64,000 bases of DNA, from NCBI GenBank assembly GCA_964057225.1, contig OZ059894.1, positions 20,832,001 through 20,896,000 of the forward strand, in the 5' to 3' direction. This stretch comes from Auanema rhodensis. Lineage: Eukaryota; Animalia; Nematoda. Below are positions 1 to 12,100 of the stretch, in pieces. The notes under the pieces were generated by a model. It was not told where the DNA came from and did no database searches. It was given only the letters and a program-made list of their open reading frames with translations. The position numbers and the translations under genes were made by a program. The stretch's first letter is position 1, and the number at the start of each line of letters is the position of its first letter.

Positions 1-86
1 GATGTTTTTAGATTCCATTTTTCAAAGCAAAGACGATGGACAATGTTATTCAACGAAAAAATTAATTCTTCAGGGTGAAAATCGAG

Positions 87-108
87 GATATAAGTGTGAA
101 CTTATATC
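87..108. other. Perfect 9-bp inverted repeat with 4-nt loop (present at this position in nearly every monomer)
   Basis: GATATAAGT-GTGA-ACTTATATC; arms are exact reverse complements. It overlaps a second dyad ATATCA-GT-TGATAT (104-117). Confidence 0.9.
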
Positions 109-259
109 AGTTGATATCTCGGTGCATTTTTAAGCTAGCGCAAATCTGATAACACAGATCGACGCAGCTTCAAAATCCGCATCGAATGCACTATACTACA
201 TTGAAAAACGCTTAATACAAAAATTAGTTATGATCGTTTGAAAAATGATGCATTAGTGT

Positions 260-287
260 ATGTTGAGTTTCCATGTACACTCAACAT
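260..287. other. Perfect 9-bp inverted repeat with 10-nt loop (present in nearly every monomer)
   Basis: ATGTTGAGT-TTCCATGTAC-ACTCAACAT. Confidence 0.9.
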
Positions 288-642
288 TGCTTCCAAAAAC
301 ATTTTGACAAAAATTTTTTCGAGAAATTTCAAAATAATTTAGCAAAAAGTAGATGTTTTTAGATTCCTTTTTTCAAGGCAAAGACGATGGACAATGTTAT
401 TCAACGAAAAAATCAATTCTTCAGGGTGAAAATCGAGGATATAAGTGTAAACTTATATCAGTTGATATCTCGGTGCATTTTTAAGCTAGCGCAAATCTGA
501 TAACACAGATCGACGCAGCTTCAAAATCCGCATCGAATGCACTATACTACATTGAGAAACGCTTAATACAAAAATTAGTTATGATCGTTTGAAAAATGAT
601 GCATTAGTGTATGTTGAGTTTCCATGTACACTCAACATTGCT

Positions 643-714
643 TCCAAAAACATTTTGACAAAAATTTTTTCGAAAAATTTCAAAATAATTTAGCAAAAAG
701 TAGATGTTTTTAGA
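643..714. other. AT-rich imperfect palindrome (monomer positions 292-363; shown for the monomer 2/3 boundary)
   Basis: Core TTTTTCGAAAAA is a perfect 12-bp palindrome. AAATTTTTTCGAAA pairs with TTTC(A/G)AAATAATTT. Outer TCCAAAAACATTT pairs with AGATGTTTTTAGA at 11/13. Confidence 0.75.
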
Positions 715-3159
715 TTCCATTTTTCAAGGCAAAGACGATGGACAATGTTATTCAACGAAAAAATTGATTCTTCAGGGTGAAATTCGAGGATATAAGTGTG
801 AACTTATATCAGTTGATATCTCGGTGCATTTTTAAGCTAGTGCAAATCTGATAACACAGATCGACGCAGCTTAAAAATCCGCATCGAATGCACTATACTA
901 CATTGAGAAACGCTTAATACAAAAATTAGTTATGATCGTTTGAAAAATGATGCATTAGTGTATGTTGAGTTTCCATGTACACTCAACATTGCTTCCAAAA
1001 ACATTTTGACAAAAATTTTTTCGAAAAATTTCAAAATAATTTAGCAAAAAGTAGATGTTTTTAGATTCCTTTTTTCAAGGCAAAGACGATGGACAATGTT
1101 ATTCAACGAAAAAATTAATTCTTCAGGGTGAAAATCGAGGATATAAGTGTGAACTTATATCAGTTGATATCTCGGTGCATTTTTAAGCTAGCGCAAACCT
1201 GATAACACAGATCGACGCAACTTAAAAATCCGCATCGAATGCACTATACTACATTGAGAAACGCTTAATACAAAAATTAGTTATGATCGTTTGAAAAATG
1301 ATGCATTAGTGTATGTTGAGTTTCCATGTACACTCAACATTGCTTCCAAAAACATTTTGACAAAAATTTTTTCGAAAAATTTCAAAATAATTTAGCAAAA
1401 AGTAGATGTTTTTAGATTCCATTTTTCAAGGCAAAGACGATGGACAATGTTATTCAACGAAAAAATTGATTCTTCAGGGTGAAAATCGAGGATATAAGTG
1501 TGAACTTATATCAGTTGATATCTCGGTGCATTTTTAAGCTAGCGCAAATCTGATAACACAGATCGACGCAGCTTAAAAATCCGCATCGAATGCACTATAC
1601 TACATTGAGAAACGCTTAATACAAAAATTAGTTATGATCGTTTGAAAAATGATGCATTAGTGTATGTTGAGTTTCCATGTACACTCAACATTGCTTCCAA
1701 AAACATTTTGACAAAAATTTTTTCGAAAAATTTCAAAATAATTTAGCAAAAAGTAGATGTTTTTAGATTCCTTTTTTCAAGGCAAAGACGATGGACAATG
1801 TTATTCAACGAAAAAATTAATTCTTCAGGGTGAAAATCGAGGATATAAGTGTGAACTTATATCAGTTGATATCTCGGTGCATTTTTAAGCTAGCGCAAAT
1901 CTGATAACACAGATCGACGCAACTTAAAAATCCGCATCGAATGCACTATACTACATTGAGAAACGCTTAATACAAAAATTAGTTATGATCGTTTGAAAAA
2001 TGATGCATTAGTGTATGTTGAGTTTCCATGTACACTCAACATTGCTTCCAAAAACATTTTGACAAAAATTTTTTCGAAAAATTTCAAAATAATTTAGCAA
2101 AAAGTAGATGTTTTTAGATTCCATTTTTCAAGGCAAAGACGATGGACAATGTTATTCAACGAAAAAATTGATTCTTCAGGGTGAAAATCGAGGATATAAG
2201 TGTGAACTTATATCAGTTGATATCTCGGTGCATTTTTAAGCTAGCGCAAATCTGATAACACAGATCGACGCAGCTTAAAAATCCGCATCGAATGCACTAT
2301 ACTACATTGAGAAACGCTTAATACAAAAATTAGTTATGATCGTTTGAAAAATGATGCATTAGTGTATGTTGAGTTTCCATGTACACTCAACATTGCTTCC
2401 AAAAACATTTTGACAAAAATTTTTTCGAAAAATTTCAAAATAATTTAGCAAAAAGTAGATGTTTTTAGATTCCTTTTTTCAAGGCAAAGACGATGGACAA
2501 TGTTATTCAACGAAAAAATTAATTCTTCAGGGTGAAAATCGAGGATATAAGTGTGAACTTATATCAGTTGATATCTCGGTGCATTTTTAAGCTAGCGCAA
2601 ATCTGATAACACAGATCGACGCAACTTAAAAATCCGCATCGAATGCACTATACTACATTGAGAAACGCTTAATACAAAAATTAGTTATGATCGTTTGAAA
2701 AATGATGCATTAGTGTATGTTGAGTTTCCATGTACACTCAACATTGCTTCCAAAAACATTTTGACAAAAATTTTTTCGAAAAATTTCAAAATAATTTAGC
2801 AAAAAGTAGATGTTTTTAGATTCCATTTTTCAAGGCAAAGACGATGGACAATGTTATTCAACGAAAAAATTGATTCTTCAGGGTGAAAATCGAGGATATA
2901 AGTGTGAACTTATATCAGTTGATATCTCGGTGCATTTTTAAGCTAGCGCAAATCTGATAACACAGATCGACGCAGCTTCAAAATCCGCATCGAATGCACT
3001 ATACTACATTGAGAAACGCTTAATACAAAAATTAGTTATGATCGTTTGAAAAATGATGCATTAGTGTATGTTGAGTTTCCATGTACACTCAACATTGCTT
3101 CCAAAAACATTTTGACAAAAATTTTTTCGAAAAATTTCAAAATAATTTAGCAAAAAGTA
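703..3159. repeat. Dimeric (702-bp) higher-order tract, monomers 3-9
   Basis: Strict alternation of haplotype A17/G64/G167 with T17/A64/A167. Confidence 0.85.
1523..1589. other. 67-nt imperfect fold-back (monomer positions 119-185; shown for monomer 5)
   Basis: TCGGTGC/GCATCGA (one G.T pair), ATTTTTAAGCT/AGCTTAAAAAT (11 bp perfect), GCG/CGC, ATCTG/CAGAT, loop ATAACA. Confidence 0.85.
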
Positions 3160-6100
3160 GATGTTTTTAAATTCCATTTTTCAAGGCAAAGACGATGGAC
3201 AATGTTATTCAACGAAAAAATTAATTCTTCAGGGTGAAAATCGAGGATATAAGTGTGAACTTATATCAGTTGATATCTCGGTGCATTTTTAAGCTAGCGC
3301 AAATCTGATAACACAGATCGACGCAACTTAAAAATCCGCATCGAATGCACTATACTACATTGAGAAACGCTTAATACAAAAATTAGTTATGATCGTTTGA
3401 AAAATGATGCATTAGTGTATGTTGAGTTTCCATGTACACTCAACATTGCTTCCAAAAACATTTTGACAAAAATTTTTTCGAAAAATTTCAAAATAATTTA
3501 GCAAAAAGTAGATGTTTTTAGATTCCATTTTTTAAGGCAAAGACGATGGACAATGTTATTCAACGAAAAAATTGATTCTTCAGGGTGAAAATCGAGGATA
3601 TAAGTGTAAACTTATATCAGTTGATATCTCGGTGCATTTTTAAGCTAGCGCAAATCTGATAACACAGAACGACGCAGCTTAAAAATTCGCATCGAATGCA
3701 CTATACTACATTGAGAAACGCTTAATACAAAAATTAGTTATGATCGTTTGAAAAATGATGCATTAGTGTATGTTGAGTTTCCATGTACACTCAACATTGC
3801 TTCCAAAAACATTTTGACAAAAATTTTTTCGAAAAATTTCGAAATAATTTAGCAAAAAGTAGATGTTTTTAGATTCCATTTTTCAAGGCAAAGACGATGG
3901 ACAATGTTATTCAACGAAAAAATTAATTCTTCAGGGTGAAAATCGAGGATATAAGTGTGAACATATATCAGTTGATATCTCGGTGCATTTTTAAGCTAGC
4001 GCAAATCTGATAACACAGATCGACGCAGCTTCAAAATCCGCATCGAATGCACTATACTACATTGAGAAACGCTTAATACAAAAATTAGTTATGATCGTTT
4101 GAAAAATGATGCATTAGTGTATGTTGAGTTTCCATGTACACTCAACATTGCTTCCAAAAACATTTTGACAAAAATTTTTTCGAAAAATTTCAAAATAATT
4201 TAGCAAAAAGTAGATGTTTTTAGATTCCATTTTTCAAGGCAAAGACGATGGACAATGTTATTCAACGAAAAAATTAATTCTTCAGGGTGAAAATCGAAGA
4301 TATAAGTGTGAACTTATATCAGTTGATATCTCGGTGCATTTTTAAGCTAGCGCAAATCTGATAACACAGATCGACGCAGCTTCAAAATCCGCATCGAATG
4401 CACTATACTACATTGAGAAACGCTTAATACAAAAATTAGTTATGATCGTTTGAAAAATGATGCATTAGTGTATGTTGAGTTTCCATGTACACTCAACATT
4501 GCTTCCAAAAACATTTTGACAAAAATTTTTTCGAAAAATTTCGAAATAATTTAGCAAAAAGTAGATGTTTTTAGATTCCATTTTTCAAGGCAAAGACGAT
4601 GGACAATGTTATTCAACGAAAAAATTAATTCTTCAGGGTGAAAATCGAGGATATAAGTGTAAACTTATATCAGTTGATATCTCGGTGCATTTTTAAGCTA
4701 GCGCAAATCTGAGAACACAGATCGACGCAGCTTAAAAATCCGCATCGAATGCACTATACTACATTGAGAAACGCTTAATACGAAAATTAGTTATGATCGT
4801 TTGAAAAATGATGCATTAGTGTATGTTGAGTTTCCATGTACACTCAACATTGCTTCCAAAAACATTTTGACAAAAATTTTTTCGAAAAATTTCAAAATAA
4901 TTTAGCAAAAAGTAGATGTTTTTAGATTCCATTTTTCAAGGCAAAGACGATGGACAATGTTATTCAACGAAAAAATTGATTCTTCAGGGTGAAAATCGAG
5001 GATATAAGTGTGAACTTATATCAGTTGATATCTCGGTGCATTTTTAAGCTAGCGCAAATCTGATAACACAGATCGACGCAGCTTAAAAATCCGCATCGAA
5101 TGCACTATACTACATTGAGAAACGCTTAATACAAAAATTAGTTATGATCGTTTGAAAAATGATGCATTAGTGTATGTTGAGTTTCCATGTACACTCAACA
5201 TTGCTTCCAAAAACATTTTGACAAAAATTTTTTCGAAAAATTTCAAAATAATTTAGCAAAAAGTAGATGTTTTTAGATTCCTTTTTTCAAGGCAAAGACG
5301 ATGGACAATGTTATTCAACGAAAAAATTAATTCTTCAGGGTGAAAATCGAGGATATAAGTGTGAACTTATATCAGTTGATATCTCGGTGCATTTTTAAGC
5401 TAGCGCAAATCTGATAACACAGATCGACGCAACTTAAAAATCCGCATCGAATGCACTATACTACATTGAGAAACGCTTAATACAAAAATTAGTTATGATC
5501 GTTTGAAAAATGATGCATTAGTGTATGTTGAGTTTCCATGTACACTCAACATTGCTTCCAAAAACATTTTGACAAAAATTTTTTCGAAAAATTTCAAAAT
5601 AATTTAGCAAAAAGTAGATGTTTTTGGATTCCATTTTTCAAGGCAAAGACGATGGACAATGTTATTCAACGAAAAAATTGATTCTTCAGGGTGAAAATCG
5701 AGGATATAAGTGTGAACTTATATCAGTTGATATCTCGGTGCATTTTTAAGCTAGCGCAAATCTGATAACACAGATCGACGCAGCTTAAAAATCCGCATCG
5801 AATGCACTATACTACATTGAGAAACGCTTAATACAAAAATTAGTTATGATCGTTTGAAAAATGATGCATTAGTGTATGTTGAGTTTCCATGTACACTCAA
5901 CATTGCTTCCAAAAACATTTTGACAAAAATTTTTTCGAAAAATTTCAAAATAATTTAGCAAAAAGTAGATGTTTTTAGATTCCATTTTTCAAGGCAAAGA
6001 CGATGGACAATGTTATTCAACGAAAAAATTGATTCTTCAGGGTGAAAATCGAGGATATAAATGTAAACTTATATCAGTTGATATCTCGGTGCATTTTTAA

Positions 6101-9100
6101 GCTAGCGCAAATCTGATAACACAGAACGACGCAGCTTAAAAATTCGCATCGAATGCACTATACTACATTGAGAAACGCTTAATACAAAAATTAGTTATGA
6201 TCGTTTGAAAAATGATGCATTAGTGTATGTTGAGTTTCCATGTACACTCAACATTGCTTCCAAAAACATTTTGACAAAAATTTTTTCGAAAAATTTCAAA
6301 ATAATTTAGCAAAAAGTAGATGTTTTTAGATTCCATTTTTCAAGGCAAAGACGATGGACAATGTTATTCAACGAAAAAATTAATTCTTCAGGGTGAAAAT
6401 CGAGGATATAAGTGTGAACATATATCAGTTGATATCTCGGTGCATTTTTAAGCTAGCGCAAATCTGATAACACAGATCGACGCAGCTTCAAAATCCGCAT
6501 CGAATGCACTATACTACATTGAGAAACGCTTAATACAAAAATTAGTTATGATCGTTTGAAAAATGATGCATTAGTGTATGTTGATTTTCCATGTACACTC
6601 AACATTGCTTCCAAAAACATTTTGACAAAAATTTTTTCGAAAAATTTCAAAATAATTTAGCAAAAAGTAGATGTTTTTGGATTCCATTTTTCAAGGCAAA
6701 GACGATGGACAATGTTATTCAACGAAAAAATTAATTCTTCAGGGTGAAAATCGAGGATATAAGTGTAAACTTATATCAGTTGATATCTCGGTGCATTTTT
6801 AAGCTAGCGCAAATCTGATAACACAGAACGACGCAGCTTAAAAATTCGCATCGAATGCACTATACTACATTGAGAAACGCTTAATACAAAAATTAGTTAT
6901 GATCGTTTGAAAAATGATGCATTAGTGTATGTTGAGTTTCCATGTACACTCAACATTGCTTCCAAAAACATTTTGACAAAAATTTTTTCGAGAAATTTCG
7001 AAATAATTTAGCAAAAAGTAGATGTTTTTAGATTCCTTTTTTCAAGGCAAAGACGATGGACAATGTTATTCAACGAAAAAATTAATTCTTCAGGGTGAAA
7101 ATCGAGGATATAAGTGTGAACTTATATCAGTTGATATCTCGGTGCATTTTTAAGCTAGCGCAAATCTGATAACACAGAACGACGCAGCTTAAAAATCCGC
7201 ATCGAATGCACTATACTACATTGAGAAACGCTTAATACAAAAATTAGTTATGATCGTTTGAAAAATGATGCATTAGTGTATGTTGAGTTTCCATGTACAC
7301 TCAACATTGCTTCCAAAAACATTTTGACAAAAATTTTTTCGAGAAATTTCAAAATAATTTAGCAAAAAGTAGATGTTTTTAGATTCCTTTTTTTAAGGCA
7401 AAGACGATGGACAGTGTTATTCAACGAAAAAATTAATTCTTCAGGGTGAAAATCGAGGATATAAGTGTGAACTTATATCAGTTGATATCTCGGTGCATTT
7501 TTAAGCTAGCGCAAATCTGATAACACAGATCGACGCAGCTTCAAAATCCGCATCGAATGCACTATACTACATTGAGAAACGCTTAATACAAAAATTAGTT
7601 ATGATCGTTTGAAAAATGATGCATTAGTGTATGTTGAGTTTCCATGTACACTCAACATTGCTTCCAAAAACATTTTGACAAAAATTTTTTCGAAAAATTT
7701 CAAAATAATTTAGCAAAAAGTAGATGTTTTTAGATTCCATTTTTCAAGGCAAAGACGATGGACAATGTTATTCAACGAAAAAATTGATTCTTCAGGGTGA
7801 AAATCGAGGATATAAATGTAAACTTATATCAGTTGATATCTCGGTGCATTTTTAAGCTAGCGCAAATCTGATAACACAGAACGACGCAGCTTAAAAATTC
7901 GCATCGAATGCACTATACTACATTGAGAAACGCTTAATACAAAAATTAGTTATGATCGTTTGAAAAATGATGCATTAGTGTATGTTGAGTTTCCATGTAC
8001 ACTCAACATTGCTTCCAAAAACATTTTGACAAAAATTTTTTCGAAAAATTTCAAAATAATTTAGCAAAAAGTAGATGTTTTTAGATTCCATTTTTCAAGG
8101 CAAAGACGATGGACAATGTTATTCAACGAAAAAGTTAATTCTTCAGGGTGAAAATCGAGGATATAAGTGTGAACATATATCAGTTGATATCTCGGTGCAT
8201 TTTTAAGCTAGCGCAAATCTGATAACACAGATCGACGCAGCTTCAAAATCCGCATCGAATGCACTATACTACATTGAGAAACGCTTAATACAAAAATTAG
8301 TTATGATCGTTTGAAAAATGATGCATTAGTGTATGTTGATTTTCCATGTACACTCAACATTGCTTCCAAAAACATTTTGACAAAAATTTTTTCGAAAAAT
8401 TTCAAAATAATTTAGCAAAAAGTAGATGTTTTTGGATTCCATTTTTCAAGGCAAAGACGATGGACAATGTTATTCAACGAAAAAATTAATTCTTCAGGGT
8501 GAAAATCGAGGATATAAGTGTAAACTTATATCAGTTGATATCTCGGTGCATTTTTAAGCTAGCGCAAATCTGATAACACAGAACGACGCAGCTTAAAAAT
8601 TCGCATCGAATGCACTATACTACATTGAGAAACGCTTAATACAAAAATTAGTTATGATCGTTTGAAAAATGATGCATTAGTGTATGTTGAGTTTCCATGT
8701 ACACTCAACATTGCTTCCAAAAACATTTTGACAAAAATTTTTTCGAAAAATTTCGAAATAATTTAGCAAAAAGTAGATGTTTTTAGATTCCTTTTTTCAA
8801 GGCAAAGACGATGGACAATGTTATTCAACGAAAAAATTAATTCTTCAGGGTGAAAATCGAGGATATAAGTGTGAACTTATATCAGTTGATATCTCGGTGC
8901 ATTTTTAAGCTAGCGCAAATCTGATAACACAGATCGACGCAGCTTCAAAATCCGCATCGAATGCACTATACTACATTGAGAAACGCTTAATACAAAAATT
9001 AGTTATGATCGTTTGAAAAATGATGCATTAGTGTATGTTGAGTTTCCATGTACACTCAACATTGCTTCCAAAAACATTTTGACAAAAATTTTTTCGAAAA

Positions 9101-12100
9101 ATTTCAAAATAATTTAGCAAAAAGTAGATGTTTTTAGATTCCATTTTTCAAGGCAAAGACGATGGACAATGTTATTCAACGAAAAAATTAATTCTTCAGG
9201 GTGAAAATCGAGGATATAAGTGTAAACTTATATCAGTTGATATCTCGGTGCATTTTTAAGCTAGCGCAAATCTGATAACACAGAACGACGCAGCTTAAAA
9301 ATTCGCATCGAATGCACTATACTACATTGAGAAACGCTTAATACAAAAATTAGTTATGATCGTTTGAAAAATGATGCATTAGTGTATGTTGAGTTTCCAT
9401 GTACACTCAACATTGCTTCCAAAAACATTTTGACAAAAATTTTTTCGAGAAATTTCGAAATAATTTAGCAAAAAGTAGATGTTTTTAGATTCCTTTTTTC
9501 AAGGCAAAGACGATGGACAATGTTATTCAACAAAAAAATTAATTCTTCAGGGTGAAAATCGAGGATATAAGTGTGAACTTATATCAGTTGATATCTCGGT
9601 GCATTTTTAAGCTAGCGCAAATCTGATAACACAGAACGACGCAGCTTAAAAATCCGCATCGAATGCACTATACTACATTGAGAAACGCTTAATACAAAAA
9701 TTAGTTATGATCGTTTGAAAAATGATGCATTAGTGTATGTTGAGTTTCCATGTACACTCAACATTGCTTCCAAAAACATTTTGACAAAAATTTTTTCGAG
9801 AAATTTCAAAATAATTTAGCAAAAAGTAGATGTTTTTAGATTCCTTTTTTCAAGGCAAAGACGATGGACAATGTTATTCAACGAAAAAATTAATTCTTCA
9901 GGGTGAAAATCGAGGATATAAGTGTGAACTTATATCAGTTGATATCTCGGTGCATTTTTAAGCTAGCGCAAATCTGATAACACAGATCGACGCAACTTAA
10001 AAATCCGCATCGAATGCACTATACTTCATTGAGAAACGCTTAATACAAAAATTAGTTATGATCGTTTGAAAAATGATGCATTAGTGTATGTTGAGTTTCC
10101 ATGTACACTCAACATTGCTTCCAAAAACATTTTGACAAAAATTTTTTCGAAAAATTTCAAAATAATTTAGCAAAAAGTAGATGTTTTTAGATTCCATTTT
10201 TCAAGGCAAAGACGATGGACAATGTTATTCAACGAAAAAATTAATTCTTCAGGGTGAAAATCGAGGATATAAGTGTGAACTTATATCAGTTGATATCTCG
10301 GTGCATTTTTAAGCTAGCGCAAATCTGATAACACAGATCGACGCAACTTAAAAATCCGCATCGAATGCACTATACTACATTGAGAAACGCTTAATACAAA
10401 AATTAGTTATGATCGTTTGAAAAATGATGCATTAGTGTATGTTGATTTTCCATGTACACTCAACATTGCTTCCAAAAACATTTTGACAAAAATTTTTTCG
10501 AAAAATTTCAAAATAATTTAGCAAAAAGTAGATGTTTTTGGATTCCATTTTTCAAGGCAAAGACGATGGACAATGTTATTCAACGAAAAAATTAATTCTT
10601 CAGGGTGAAAATCGAGGATATAAGTGTAAACTTATATCAGTTGATATCTCGGTGCATTTTTAAGCTAGCGCAAATCTGATAACACAGAACGACGCAGCTT
10701 AAAAATTCGCATCGAATGCACTATACTACATTGAGAAACGCTTAATACAAAAATTAGTTATGATCGTTTGAAAAATGATGCATTAGTGTATGTTGAGTTT
10801 CCATGTACACTCAACATTGCTTCCAAAAACATTTTGACAAAAATTTTTTCGAAAAATTTCGAAATAATTTAGCAAAAAGTAGATGTTTTTAGATTCCTTT
10901 TTTCAAGGCAAAGACGATGGACAATGTTATTCAACGAAAAAATTAATTCTTCAGGGTGAAAATCGAGGATATAAGTGTGAACTTATATCAGTTGATATCT
11001 CGGTGCATTTTTAAGCTAGCGCAAATCTGATAACACAGATCGACGCAGCTTCAAAATCCGCATCGAATGCACTATACTACATTGAGAAACGCTTAATACA
11101 AAAATTAGTTATGATCGTTTGAAAAATGATGCATTAGTGTATGTTGAGTTTCCATGTACACTCAACATTGCTTCCAAAAACATTTTGACAAAAATTTTTT
11201 CGAAAAATTTCAAAATAATTTAGCAAAAAGTAGATGTTTTTAGATTCCATTTTTCAAGGCAAAGACGATGGACAATGTTATTCAACGAAAAAATTAATTC
11301 TTCAGGGTGAAAATCGAGGATATAAGTGTAAACTTATATCAGTTGATATCTCGGTGCATTTTTAAGCTAGCGCAAATCTGATAACACAGAACGACGCAGC
11401 TTAAAAATTCGCATCGAATGCACTATACTACATTGAGAAACGCTTAATACAAAAATTAGTTATGATCGTTTGAAAAATGATGCATTAGTGTATGTTGAGT
11501 TTCCATGTACACTCAACATTGCTTCCAAAAACATTTTGACAAAAATTTTTTCGAGAAATTTCGAAATAATTTAGCAAAAAGTAGATGTTTTTAGATTCCT
11601 TTTTTCAAGGCAAAGACGATGGACAATGTTATTCAACGAAAAAATTAATTCTTCAGGGTGAAAATCGAGGATATAAGTGTGAACTTATATCAGTTGATAT
11701 CTCGGTGCATTTTTAAGCTAGCGCAAATCTGATAACACAGAACGACGCAGCTTAAAAATCCGCATCGAATGCACTATACTACATTGAGAAATGCTTAATA
11801 CAAAAATTAGTTATGATCGTTTGAAAAATGATGCATTAGTGTATGTTGAGTTTCCATGTACACTCAACATTGCTTCCAAAAACATTTTGACAAAAATTTT
11901 TTCGAGAAATTTCAAAATAATTTAGCAAAAAGTAGATGTTTTTAGATTCCTTTTTTCAAGGCAAAGACGATGGACAATGTTATTCAACGAAAAAATTAAT
12001 TCTTCAGGGTGAAAATCGAGGATATAAGTGTGAACTTATATCAGTTGATATCTCGGTGCATTTTTAAGCTAGCGCAAATCTGATAACACAGATCGACGCA

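Larger units (their letters stand above)
1..351 (+). repeat. Representative monomer (351 bp; consensus ~110 G+C = 31%; 12 CpG; many A/T tracts)
   Basis: Manual count on the consensus: C=53, G=57. Common polymorphic monomer positions: 17 A/T, 64 A/G, 98 G/A, 159 T/A, 167 G/A, 171 A/C, 177 C/T, 323 A/G, 331 A/G. Confidence 0.95.

Noticed and set aside
20-73. Satellite-encoded hammerhead ribozyme (minus-strand CTGAAGA at 73-67 fits CUGANGA)
   Set aside because: I could not form a stem II closing onto the downstream GAAA. The plus-strand CTGATAA lacks the conserved G8. An Infernal search with Rfam hammerhead models would settle it.
87-287. Rho-independent terminators or bacterial promoters at the hairpins
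   Set aside because: The stems are AT-rich, there are no genes to regulate, and the context is eukaryote-like satellite.
1-351. Assignment to a named satellite (Drosophila 1.688/359-bp family, tenebrionid ~350-360-bp satellites)
   Set aside because: Only length and AT content are similar; I cannot recognise sequence identity. BLAST or Dfam is needed.
1-351. 5S rRNA, tRNA, snRNA or spliced-leader tandem gene unit
   Set aside because: No recognisable conserved RNA sequence, cloverleaf or convincing Pol III A/B/C boxes.
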